Part shown: positions 1 to 9,524 of the stretch, piece by piece | Layout: each line of letters starts with the position of its first letter | Position numbering within the stretch: the first letter of the stretch is position 1 | Origin: a bacterium | GTDB lineage: Bacteria; Cyanobacteriota; Vampirovibrionia; Gastranaerophilales; JBAXKC01 | DNA: 64,000 bases | Direction: 5' to 3' | NCBI GenBank assembly: GCA_037137535.1 | Contig: JBAXKC010000002.1 | Location: 1 to 64,000, forward strand | The notes under the pieces: model-generated | Told to the model about the DNA's origin: nothing | What the model saw: only the letters and a program-made list of their open reading frames with translations | The model's database searches: none | Translations under genes and position numbers: made by a program

Positions 1-118
1 ATAGCAATGATAAGGGTTACCGTTAAAAAATGTTTTTAACCAAACAGCTTCTTAATTAAATCTCTATATTGATAAATATAAAATATTATTTTAGAATCCT
101 TTAAATTATATAAATCAC

Positions 119-155
119 TAGCAATAATTTACTTGTTTGTGTTTTATATAAATAG
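119..155 (+). promoter_or_regulatory. Recurring bipartite upstream motif TAGCAAT-N14-TGTTTTATATA (putative alternative-sigma promoter), copy 1
   Basis: TAGCAAT at 119-125, TGTTTT at 140; same elements and spacing at 27571 and 61525, and with a 13-nt spacer at 29322(-). Confidence 0.55.
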
Positions 156-206
156 AAGAAACAAATAAACAACTTCAAGATGTTAAATAGTAATGGAGTA
201 TATGAA

Positions 207-581
207 ATGTCATTAAATGTATCATTTGGTGCAAATCAACCGACAACAACTACAGCTGCGGCTGCAAAAAATACAATGCAGCTAAATCCACAAGCAAAAA
301 CACTTGAACCTGCTCCGCATAAAAAAGATGAAGTAAGCTTTACTACAAAAGCAACTAACTTTGCAAAATCACCTGCTGGGATTGGTACAGGAGTAGTTCT
401 TGCTTTAACTACAGCAGTTTGCGCTTTTTATCCACCTGCAACTAAGGTAATTACGGGATTATTTGCTAAAAAAGCAGAAGAAGCAACTAAAGTAACTCAA
501 AAATTATTAGAAAGTAGTGAAGCAATGGCGGCTAGACATGAAGCTGAAGCTGCCAAAAAAGCATTACAAGCTGCAAAATAA
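207..581 (+). CDS. Hypothetical protein with N-terminal VSFG motif and single hydrophobic helix
   Basis: GGAG RBS at 195-198 favours ATG 207 (MSLNVSFG...); TM-like GIGTGVVLALTTAVCAFY; followed by a terminator. Confidence 0.75.
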   Translation: MSLNVSFGANQPTTTTAAAAKNTMQLNPQAKTLEPAPHKKDEVSFTTKATNFAKSPAGIGTGVVLALTTAVCAFYPPATKVITGLFAKKAEEATKVTQKLLESSEAMAARHEAEAAKKALQAAK

Positions 582-604
582 TTTAAATCTTTAATATAAA
601 TAAG

Positions 605-645
605 AAAAAATAGACATTCTTTTATAGAGATATGTCTATTTTTTT
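605..645 (+). terminator. Intrinsic terminator (bidirectional type)
   Basis: AAAAAATAGACAT...ATGTCTATTTTTT inverted repeat with T tail. Confidence 0.7.
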
Positions 646-763
646 GCAAATAAATATTTTCATTATATCCATATAAAGAAAATATTTAGAAAACCTCAAT
701 TAAATATATTTCTATGTATAATTAATTTATTGAAAAAGATTATTTATTTACTAGGAGAAGATA

Positions 764-1141
764 ATGAGTGCTATGAAGTTGATTAAGAATGTAAAAAATC
801 GTATGTCAGGGAAAAGATTACCTAAAGAAGCTATTCCTTACTTATTAAAAGCGGTTGAATCTGCTGATCAACTAAGTAGAAACGATATTGAAAACCAATT
901 AGTAAAAATCGGTGAGAATTCAGCTCATTTATTAGTAAAAGAATTATCAAACTGTAGCGGTAAAACAAGAGGCTTAATAGCAATGGCTCTTGTTAGAATA
1001 GGATATAGCGCAATCCCGCATTTAGAAGCCGCTATTAATGAATCCTCTGAATGGGCAATTAATTATATAATTAATGAGATTAAAGGCTCAAGGATTTCAT
1101 TAACACAAAAAGATAACATTTCTAACGTTTTAGTTGGATAA
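764..1141 (+). CDS. HEAT-repeat (PBS lyase-like) protein
   Basis: EAIPYLL..., LVKIG, ALVRIG-SAIPHL HEAT-like helical repeats; AGGAG RBS. Confidence 0.65.
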   Translation: MSAMKLIKNVKNRMSGKRLPKEAIPYLLKAVESADQLSRNDIENQLVKIGENSAHLLVKELSNCSGKTRGLIAMALVRIGYSAIPHLEAAINESSEWAINYIINEIKGSRISLTQKDNISNVLVG

Positions 1142-1175
1142 ACATTAAAATCTTCTCCATAAAATATAAAAGTTA

Positions 1176-1202
1176 ATGCACCTTTACGGTGCATTTTTTT
1201 TA
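1176..1202 (+). terminator. Intrinsic terminator
   Basis: AATGCACC/GGTGCATT stem followed by T run. Confidence 0.75.
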
Positions 1203-1271
1203 GCACAAAATACAATGTTTTTAATTTTGCATAAATCTATAATAAATTAAGTTATAACTAAGGAGTATTTT

Positions 1272-1634
1272 ATGTTAAATGCTGTTATTAAATGGGTATT
1301 TTTGGCATTGGGTCTATTATTAATAGATGCAATATTACCAGGGCTTAAAATATCTGGCTTCTTTGCTGCATTAATGGCAACATTAATGATCGGGATTTTA
1401 AATATTGTGTTAAAACCTATTCTTAGCTTTATTACACTTCCAATAAATATTTTAACCTTTGGATTATTTACACTTGTAATTAATGCCCTCTTGTTTATGC
1501 TGGCTGCCGCAATCATCCCTGGATTTGCTGTTAGCAGCTTTGTTACCGCGGTTTTAGCTTCAATTTTATATTCCTTTATTAGTATAGTGATAAACTATTC
1601 CGCATCTGAGCTAAGAAGTCCTAGATATACATAA
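1272..1634 (+). CDS. Phage holin superfamily IV / YvlD (DUF360) 4-TM membrane protein
   Basis: KPILSFITLPINILTFGLFTLVINA signature; AAGGAG RBS. Confidence 0.85.
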   Translation: MLNAVIKWVFLALGLLLIDAILPGLKISGFFAALMATLMIGILNIVLKPILSFITLPINILTFGLFTLVINALLFMLAAAIIPGFAVSSFVTAVLASILYSFISIVINYSASELRSPRYT

Positions 1635-1650
1635 ATAATTCTGACCTATA

Positions 1651-1686
1651 AAAATAATCCTGCTAAATAGTAGGATTATTTTTTTT
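1651..1686 (+). terminator. Intrinsic terminator
   Basis: AATAATCCTGCT/AGTAGGATTATT stem plus T run. Confidence 0.7.
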
Positions 1687-1780
1687 AACAAATATATAAA
1701 GCTATTTAGTGGATGTTAGAAATATTAGTAAATGCTAGAATTTCCACATAATTGTTTTAGTCTCATTTGGGAGAAAAAAA

Positions 1781-2881
1781 ATGAGTAATATTTGGAAAAA
1801 ATATGCAAACGTGCTTGTCGATTATTGTACAGGTATAAAAAAAGATGATCTAGTTATAATTAAGGGTGCTGCACATGCTCAACCGCTTATTCATGCAGTA
1901 TATGACGAAGTTTTAAAGCGTGGAGCAAATCCTATAGTCAGAATCTCTATAGATGGATTGAATGAATCATTTTACAGATACGCAAATGATGACCAATTAG
2001 CCTATATTGACCCTATTACAGAGCTTGAATATGACAAAGTCAATAAAGTAATCTCTATCGGAGCGCCATATAACACAAAAAGTCTTGCTAAAGCTGATCC
2101 TAAAAAACTCGCTAAACGTTCTTCCGCAACTAAGCATTTATCTAATAAATTCTTAAATAAAGCCGCTGAGGGCAAATTAGACTGGGTAATATGTGATTTT
2201 CCTACTAATGCATTAGCTCAAGAGGCAAAAATGTCATTATATGAATATGAAGAATTTTTATTAAATTCCTGTTATCTGCACTTAGATAATCCTGTTGAAA
2301 AATGGAAAGAAATTGGCGAATTACAAGAAAAATACGCTGAGTATTTAACAAAGACAAGTAAATTAAGAATTGTTGGTCATAAAACTGATATTACTTTCTC
2401 AACAGAAGGCAGAAAATGGATTAATTGTTGTGGAAAAAATAATTTCCCTGATGGTGAAGTATTTACCTCTCCTGTTGAAGATAGCGCTAACGGTGAAATT
2501 TACTTTGATTTTCCTGCTATCTACAGAGGTAATGAAGCTCAAGGAATACATCTTAAATTAGAAAACGGTAAAGTTGTACATGCCACCGCAGAAAAGGGCG
2601 AGGACTTCTTTTTAAATATGATTAATCAAGATGAGGGCGCTAGATTTGTCGGTGAAATAGCCATTGGTACAAATGACATGATTCAAGACGTAACAGGAAA
2701 CATTTTATTTGACGAAAAAATTGGCGGTTCTATTCACATGGCATTGGGTTCTTCCTATCCTGAAACAGGCGGAAAGAATGAATCTGGTTTACATTGGGAT
2801 ATCATTAAAAACATGAAAAATGGCAGCGAAATATATGCCGATGATAAACTGATTTATAAAGATGGTAAGTTTTTAATTTAA
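1781..2881 (+). CDS. ampS: Aminopeptidase, M29 family (AmpS/AmpT)
   Basis: NFPDGEVFTSP, GEIAIG, LFDEK, HMALG..Y, S.LHWD motifs. Confidence 0.9.
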   Translation: MSNIWKKYANVLVDYCTGIKKDDLVIIKGAAHAQPLIHAVYDEVLKRGANPIVRISIDGLNESFYRYANDDQLAYIDPITELEYDKVNKVISIGAPYNTKSLAKADPKKLAKRSSATKHLSNKFLNKAAEGKLDWVICDFPTNALAQEAKMSLYEYEEFLLNSCYLHLDNPVEKWKEIGELQEKYAEYLTKTSKLRIVGHKTDITFSTEGRKWINCCGKNNFPDGEVFTSPVEDSANGEIYFDFPAIYRGNEAQGIHLKLENGKVVHATAEKGEDFFLNMINQDEGARFVGEIAIGTNDMIQDVTGNILFDEKIGGSIHMALGSSYPETGGKNESGLHWDIIKNMKNGSEIYADDKLIYKDGKFLI

Positions 2882-3216
2882 ATAATAATTAAAAATTATA
2901 ATTACTAAAAAACGGAGATTATTTTATGATCTTCGTTTTTTTATTGACTATTTATCACATAGCTTAACATTTAACATTAATTATTGTTATTAAATTGCCT
3001 GCATGTGGTATTTAATAACAGTTAATAATTTCAAACTTTAAGTTTTTCTTCTAAAAAAATTGTGTTGTTAATTTTTATTAAGATGAGTTTTCCTAGTAGT
3101 AACAACGCAATTTGGTAATCAAATGCATAATTAAATATAAAATATTAATAAACATATTAATTTAAAAACGAATTTATTTTTTATAAATATAAGTACTAGC
3201 GGATGAGGATAATTAA

Positions 3217-6200
3217 ATGTTTAATGCAGGTTTAAATACCAGTTTTACAGGAGAGATACACAAAACAAAAATAAAACACAAAGAAAGAGTACACAAAGAG
3301 GTAAAAGTACCTGAGCAAAAAAATGATGCTGTGGAATTATCAACAAAAAAATGTGCTGAAAATGATGATAAATTCACATGGAAAGAAGCCTCTAAGAATT
3401 TAGTGGCTGGTTTTGTCGGTCAAGGCAAAAATATGATTACAACTATGGTAAAAAATCCCGTTGCAACTGCTGGTGGAATCGTTGGAACAACAGCTCTTAT
3501 TTTGGCTGCTCCATTAGTCGGGGTTAGTGCTGCTGCAGTTGGTACGGCGTTATCAGTTGGATTTTTAGGATTTGGTGTAGCAAAATCTTTATCAGGTTTA
3601 GCTAAAGCAGTAAATGACTATGCTCATGGTCGTAAGGATGAAGCTGAAAAAGATTTTAAACAAGTAGGTGAAGGTGCTTTTGATATTGCAACAATAGCCG
3701 CTCCTGCAGCTATTGGAAAAACTACAAAAATTATAGGACACTCTGAATTAGGTAATATTATAGGAAACAGCTCAGCTGCCAAAACTTTCAATAATATAAC
3801 CGCTGTTATAACTTCCCCACTAAAATCTATCCAAAATTTTGCAGGCAGTTTAACCTCAGAAAATAAATTTTTAAATTCCATTGGGGAAACCTATGTAAAA
3901 ATCGTTAATAATGGTTTTTCAACAAGTCTTTCTAAAGGTTTACATGCCAAGCTAATAAACGGTTTACATAATAACTTAGTTGCTATAAGTGAAAAACTGA
4001 CAGTTGACGGTGTTAAATCGCTTAATGTTGTCATAGATAATTTATCACCGAAACATGTTATTGGTAGCGATTTTCATGGTAAAAAAGGTTCTTTAGCTGC
4101 GTTAGCCAGTAAAAACCCTAATGGTAAAAACTTACATATTAACGGTGATATTATCGATAAAGGTCAGCACCCTGTTACAAATGAAAAAACAAATACTAGA
4201 GATGTAATAAAGTTTGTAAATGAAGAACTGCCTGAAGCAAAAATAACTTACGGCAACCACGAATTCCAAGTTGCTTCTACTCAAGAAAGTATATATATCA
4301 GTCATATGAATGAATACACCCAAGCTATTAAAGAAGCAAAATTTAAGCTCGCAAAAGCTAAGAACTCAAACCAGCCCGAACCTGTAATTGCAGAATTAAA
4401 ACAACAAATAGCCACCTTAAAAGCTACATACAATAACTTTAAAGAACAATACTTCAAAATTGCAGATGCTAAATATAGAAATTTAAGTGACGTACTTGAA
4501 AAGCCTTCGACAAACTTCTATGAAGAAGTATTGAAACCTTATGATGTAAGCGGTAGTGGACTTGAAGATGCAGTTGGATCAAAAATTGTTAAAATATTTG
4601 AAAAAAGGCTTGAAGGTATAAATGCAAGAGTTAAAGCAGGTGAAGTTGGTATTCCTGAATCTCAAAAAGCATTAGCAAAACTTGTACTTAAACAAAATAA
4701 AGATGGAACATGGGCATTAAAAGGTAAGGCAGCCTCTGGAAATAAAGAATTCTTACAAGAAGTTGCGGCAAAAGAATTCTACAGATTCTACTCCAACTTT
4801 GGTGGCAATGTTGATCAAGCCGCAGCATCCTTTGCAAAAGTTTACGGACTTGCTGATAATGCATTACCACTTCAAAAAATTATCTATGGATTAAGAGAGT
4901 TCCACTCTGACTTTGCTCAATTAAAATCACGTATGCACATGTTTGATGTAATTAAAGGCGGAGAAAAAGGAGATATCTTATTAACACACGCAGGTATTCC
5001 GTACACAATTGATGAACAAGGAAAAACAGTATTACTTCCTAAAGCAATATTTAAAGCAGAAGAAAATGCTCAACAAGGTAAATTCTCACAAATGCTACTT
5101 GATAAAAACGAATCGCCTGTTTATGGTGGTGAAGCAAAAGGTGAGAAAAATGCTTTCTGGTTCGATAGAAAAGATGTAACAGCTGAAACAGTAGAGCAGG
5201 CATATAATGAATTCAGTCAGCTACATGCTGAAAAAACAGGTCAAAAAGTTAATGTAACCAGAGGAGTTATCGGCCATGAAACAAGATCTAATGGAGTCTT
5301 AGATCCAGGTACAGAAGGCTGGAATAAAGACTTTGAACATCTTTTAAATAATACTGATGGCGTTGAAGTAACTGGCAGTGTTGAAACCGGAGATTTAAAG
5401 GTTGTTCATGGTAAAGAAAATTTACAAAGAAGAATTGTATCAGCTTATGACGGTAAATTAATTCTGGCTGATGCCGCCGCAGGTGATGCAGCTGACGGTA
5501 AGTTAGGGATCTTACCTGAAGGACATGAGACAACATATGTACCAGGCAAAGGGCCAGCGGTCAAACATGGCGATGAAATAATTGATGCCACAAGATTTAG
5601 ACACGGTGCAGGTTTACAAGTACAAAGAGATGGTAGCATAAGAGATTTACATGTAAGATATGACGGCAAAGAAATGTATAAATCAAGACCCGGTGACTAC
5701 ATTTATGAAGCTGATATGGTTGCAGAAAGTAAAAAAGGCTTAAAAGACTATTTAGGACAAAATACTGAAGTTTCAAATAAATTAGAAGGTGTATTAGCAG
5801 AAAGCAAAAGTAATCTATCATTAGATGATGAAATTAATTCATTAGTTTCCTACTCAAAACAGTCAGGAAAAGCTGAATCTAAAGTTAGAGATTTAATAAG
5901 TAAATTATGCCCTGATAATTATTTTGAAACTAACATTTCTAATCCAACGAGTTTAGTTAATGAAATAATTGAAAATCCTAGTAAACTTCAAAATCCAACA
6001 TTGATAAATGCAAAAATCAATGTACCACCAACAGAATCTGTAGAAGAAACAATAACTCACTTAATGAAAAATATTACAAGTGAAAATAGCGGTATTAGCG
6101 TTATTGGAGCAAAAAGAATACCTGATACCAACAAATTAGAGCTATTACTAGGTAATGGAACAGACCACACCAGAGCATTAAGAGCTGAAATAGAGTTAAT

Positions 6201-6222
6201 TCCTGTTAATTCCGTAGTATAG
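3217..6222 (+). CDS. Large orphan protein: N-terminal SF motif, Gly/Ala-rich hydrophobic segment, calcineurin-like metallophosphoesterase domain with large insertion
   Basis: SDFHG, GDIIDKG, GNHE, LTHAG and VIGH motifs in the correct order. Confidence 0.7.
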   Translation: MFNAGLNTSFTGEIHKTKIKHKERVHKEVKVPEQKNDAVELSTKKCAENDDKFTWKEASKNLVAGFVGQGKNMITTMVKNPVATAGGIVGTTALILAAPLVGVSAAAVGTALSVGFLGFGVAKSLSGLAKAVNDYAHGRKDEAEKDFKQVGEGAFDIATIAAPAAIGKTTKIIGHSELGNIIGNSSAAKTFNNITAVITSPLKSIQNFAGSLTSENKFLNSIGETYVKIVNNGFSTSLSKGLHAKLINGLHNNLVAISEKLTVDGVKSLNVVIDNLSPKHVIGSDFHGKKGSLAALASKNPNGKNLHINGDIIDKGQHPVTNEKTNTRDVIKFVNEELPEAKITYGNHEFQVASTQESIYISHMNEYTQAIKEAKFKLAKAKNSNQPEPVIAELKQQIATLKATYNNFKEQYFKIADAKYRNLSDVLEKPSTNFYEEVLKPYDVSGSGLEDAVGSKIVKIFEKRLEGINARVKAGEVGIPESQKALAKLVLKQNKDGTWALKGKAASGNKEFLQEVAAKEFYRFYSNFGGNVDQAAASFAKVYGLADNALPLQKIIYGLREFHSDFAQLKSRMHMFDVIKGGEKGDILLTHAGIPYTIDEQGKTVLLPKAIFKAEENAQQGKFSQMLLDKNESPVYGGEAKGEKNAFWFDRKDVTAETVEQAYNEFSQLHAEKTGQKVNVTRGVIGHETRSNGVLDPGTEGWNKDFEHLLNNTDGVEVTGSVETGDLKVVHGKENLQRRIVSAYDGKLILADAAAGDAADGKLGILPEGHETTYVPGKGPAVKHGDEIIDATRFRHGAGLQVQRDGSIRDLHVRYDGKEMYKSRPGDYIYEADMVAESKKGLKDYLGQNTEVSNKLEGVLAESKSNLSLDDEINSLVSYSKQSGKAESKVRDLISKLCPDNYFETNISNPTSLVNEIIENPSKLQNPTLINAKINVPPTESVEETITHLMKNITSENSGISVIGAKRIPDTNKLELLLGNGTDHTRALRAEIELIPVNSVV

Positions 6223-6253
6223 GCTAATCTTAAAGTAATTTAAAATAACTAGA

Positions 6254-6288
6254 AAATTCCCTCTGCGACTAACAGAGGGAATTTTTTT
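6254..6288 (+). terminator. Intrinsic terminator between convergent genes
   Basis: AAAATTCCCTCTG/CAGAGGGAATTTT stem with T run. Confidence 0.8.
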
Positions 6289-6302
6289 AACCATAATAAA
6301 TT

Positions 6303-6941
6303 TTATTCAGAATCATTCTTTAAAGCTGATTCTAGTCTGGAAGAAACAACATACCAATTAATATTTTCTATAAATGTATCAATATACTCAGCACGATTAA
6401 TCCCGTAATCAAGAGTATAAGCATGCTCCCACACGTCTAAAACGAGAAGTGGCATAACAAATACAGGTAAATTTTGATTATGGCCATCAATGCCAAAATT
6501 ATAAAGTCTACCGTCTCTATAATTATAAGCAGTAAATGCCCAACCTCTCATTGATTTACCTACAGCCTTTAAATCTTCTAAATAATTTTGCCAGCTGCCA
6601 AAATCTCTTTCAATTGCAGTAATAAGCTCCGTAGTTGGTTCAGTATCTTTATCAGTTATATTAGAAAAATATAACTCATGTAAAACTACTGCATTCAAAT
6701 TATGTGATAATTCAACAGTTAAATTTCTCTTTTCAGAGTAATTATTATTAGCTTTAGAAATATCAGCAGTTTTCAACATTTTTGTAATATCGTTTACTTT
6801 ACCTACATATCTTTTGTATAGCTCAAGATGCTGATTTAACATCTCATTACTAATTCCCTCGATATTTTCAAAGAAATAACCAAAATCTTTAACTTTATAA
6901 GCATCAATTTGTTGATGAAATCTATTTTCAATAGTTGTCAT
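6303..6941 (-). CDS. sod: Fe/Mn superoxide dismutase family protein
   Basis: Metal ligands in HLELY, LHELYF, DVWEHAY; GGAG RBS before ATG 6941. Confidence 0.85.
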   Translation of the reverse strand: MTTIENRFHQQIDAYKVKDFGYFFENIEGISNEMLNQHLELYKRYVGKVNDITKMLKTADISKANNNYSEKRNLTVELSHNLNAVVLHELYFSNITDKDTEPTTELITAIERDFGSWQNYLEDLKAVGKSMRGWAFTAYNYRDGRLYNFGIDGHNQNLPVFVMPLLVLDVWEHAYTLDYGINRAEYIDTFIENINWYVVSSRLESALKNDSE

Positions 6942-6990
6942 GATAATTTTCTCCCATAGCATTTCTAATAATACTTAAATGTCTTTAGCA

Positions 6991-7887
6991 TTATTTAGAT
7001 AATGTTTGAAAATTTTCATCAGCTTTCAGGCTAGGGTATAGGCTATATAAAACAGTTTTTACTTTATTAGACTCTTCGGTTAATCCCATTGATTTGAAAT
7101 TTTTTATAAGTTCTATGTACAACTCGGGGCGTTCAATTCCTGCGTTTGTTAGTAATGTTAATATAACAGTAGCTTCTTCTTTTTTACCTTCTTTCGATAA
7201 TTGCATAGATTTATTAAGAATATCATCAATGAAAACATCATATTTTTTCACTTTTGTATTTATTTTATCAATCTCATCATTACATTTAGATAATTGTTTA
7301 GATTGTTCTAAAACGGTTGTTCTGTAATTATCCAAAGTTTCTTTTCTATTTATTAAATCATTATTTTCGCATGGACTTTGCTCAGATTTATGTTTTTTAT
7401 TAGATATTGGTTTAGTCTTTTCTTGCTTGCCTTCTAATATACTATTTTCCAGTTGATTAATTTTTGTTGAGAGTTCAAGCACTCTACATTTTGATAACTC
7501 AAGCTCATCACTTTTATTTGACATATCATCAAGATAATTTTCTTTATCCATTTCATAAGTTTTTGTAATATCAGCTATTCTATCATTGAGCCTCAGAATT
7601 TCATGAGTTAATTCATCAATTTTGTTATTTTTTTCATTTATAGAAGTTTTTTGTAAGGTTATCATATATTTAGCAGTTTCAAGCTCTTTAGAAATTTCAT
7701 TTAATTTTTGAGTAATTAAAGTAATCTCATCTGGTTTAGATTGAGCAATTAAGCTATATTGATTGCTGTTTTGTCTTTGACTAAGTCTGATAGTCTTTGA
7801 ATAAGTAGAAGAATTTAAAACAACTGAAACAGCAACAGCAATTACAGTAAATAATATTATTTTGTTTTTTATTTTATTTTGCCTCAT
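6991..7887 (-). CDS. Exported or membrane-anchored coiled-coil protein
   Basis: Basic N-terminus plus hydrophobic signal, long heptad region, helical C-terminus. Confidence 0.6.
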   Translation of the reverse strand: MRQNKIKNKIILFTVIAVAVSVVLNSSTYSKTIRLSQRQNSNQYSLIAQSKPDEITLITQKLNEISKELETAKYMITLQKTSINEKNNKIDELTHEILRLNDRIADITKTYEMDKENYLDDMSNKSDELELSKCRVLELSTKINQLENSILEGKQEKTKPISNKKHKSEQSPCENNDLINRKETLDNYRTTVLEQSKQLSKCNDEIDKINTKVKKYDVFIDDILNKSMQLSKEGKKEEATVILTLLTNAGIERPELYIELIKNFKSMGLTEESNKVKTVLYSLYPSLKADENFQTLSK

Positions 7888-7990
7888 TTGAATTTTTTAT
7901 ATTTGCTCATTTTATAATCTAAACTTTTGATATGGTAATATTATTATATAATTTTAAAAATTTAAACATTTTTAGTTGGTTAATTTATAT

Positions 7991-8644
7991 ATGTTAATAA
8001 AAAATAATTATTTCATAAAAGAAGAAAGAGAGCATTCACTTAATAAAATTTGCTCTTCTATTATTATTAAAAAAAATCTTCCACAATTTGATATTAATTC
8101 TTCAGCTCTAATTATTACAGATATGCAGAATTATTTTTTGAATGAAAACTCACACGCTTTTGTTCCATCAGGTCTTGAAATAATAGAAAATATTAATAAA
8201 CTTATACAAATCTTTGAAAAGACTAATAGACCTGTTATTTTTACTCAGCATATAAATAATGAGAATAATGCCGATTTAATGGGTGTTTGGTGGAAAGAAC
8301 TAATTTTAGTCGACAATCCGTTAAGTGAAATCACTGATTTACTTAATAAAGATAAAGCTATTTTTTTACAAAAGACTCAATACGATGCTTTTTATAATAC
8401 GTCATTAAATGAATTACTTAATAAGCATAATGTTAAACAAGTCGTTATAACAGGAGTTATGACGCATTTATGCTGTGAAACCACAGCAAGAAGTGCTTTT
8501 ATTAGAGGAAAATTACCATTTATTCCTATCGATGCAACTGCTACATATAATTTAGAATTACATTCCGCCTCGATACAAAATCTTTCTCATGGCTTTTGTG
8601 TTCCTGTACTTACTAAAGAATTTGAAAAGAAATATGATAAATAA
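7991..8644 (+). CDS. Isochorismatase-family cysteine hydrolase
   Basis: IITDMQNYF, K.QYDAF, GVMTHLCCETTARSAF (Asp-Lys-Cys triad). Confidence 0.88.
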   Translation: MLIKNNYFIKEEREHSLNKICSSIIIKKNLPQFDINSSALIITDMQNYFLNENSHAFVPSGLEIIENINKLIQIFEKTNRPVIFTQHINNENNADLMGVWWKELILVDNPLSEITDLLNKDKAIFLQKTQYDAFYNTSLNELLNKHNVKQVVITGVMTHLCCETTARSAFIRGKLPFIPIDATATYNLELHSASIQNLSHGFCVPVLTKEFEKKYDK

Positions 8645-9524
8645 CGAAGATATTATAATAATAGGTGCGGGCCCTGCGGGAGTAAACTGCTCTATTCAAC
8701 TTAAAAGATATGGATTTGAGCCATTAGTAATTGAACAAAATAAAATAGGCGGTTTAGCTGCAAATGCTAATTTGATTGAAAATTATTGTGCTTTTCCTAA
8801 TGGAATTAAAGGCGACAACTTTGTTAAAGTATTAGCAAAACAATTTAATAATAACAATATACGGTTGCATTCAGAAAAAGTAATAAATGTAAGTAAAGAA
8901 AATAATAAATATTCAGTTAAAACAACAAAGGGTGATTTCTTGTGCAATCATCTTGTTATAGCGACAGGAACGACTCCTAATATTTTAAATTTCACATCAG
9001 AGAAAATATTTTATGAAGTAGATAAACTTAAAGAAAAGAATGATTTATATAATAAAAATATTGTTATTATTGGTGCTGGTGATGCTGCTTTCGATTATGC
9101 TTTAAATCTTGCTGATAAGAACAAGATAACAATACTAAATAAAAGTAATAGAACTAAATGTTTGGATTTGTTAAAAAATAGAGTTTTACATCATAAAAAT
9201 ATAAGTTATTTAGAGTTTACTCGAGTAAATAATATTCAAGAAATAGACGATAAGTTAAAATTATCAGGTAAAGATCAGAAAAAAGACTTAGAGTTAAACT
9301 GTGATTATTTACTTGGCGCAATAGGAAGAATTGCAAATACAGAGTTTTTGAGTGAAAATTTAATTAATTCTGAAAATCATGATAATTTCTATATTATCGG
9401 CGATGCTAAAAATGGGATATTCAGGCAAATTGCAATTGCTTGCGGTGATGGATTAATTACAGCAATGAAAATATATAATAAGAAAGTAGGAGAATACAAT
9501 GAAAGTTCTTGCTTATGCAGGTAA
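8634..9524 (+). CDS. Thioredoxin-reductase-like FAD/NAD(P)H oxidoreductase lacking CxxC
   Basis: GAGPAG, ATG, GAGDAA, GD...RQIAIACGDG motifs; no CxxC before the NADPH motif; overlaps upstream gene. Confidence 0.8.
   Translation: MINNEDIIIIGAGPAGVNCSIQLKRYGFEPLVIEQNKIGGLAANANLIENYCAFPNGIKGDNFVKVLAKQFNNNNIRLHSEKVINVSKENNKYSVKTTKGDFLCNHLVIATGTTPNILNFTSEKIFYEVDKLKEKNDLYNKNIVIIGAGDAAFDYALNLADKNKITILNKSNRTKCLDLLKNRVLHHKNISYLEFTRVNNIQEIDDKLKLSGKDQKKDLELNCDYLLGAIGRIANTEFLSENLINSENHDNFYIIGDAKNGIFRQIAIACGDGLITAMKIYNKKVGEYNESSCLCR

Noticed and set aside
1272-1634. Prophage, suggested by the holin-family gene
   Set aside because: YvlD-type genes are common chromosomal genes; no integrase, structural or endolysin genes are nearby.
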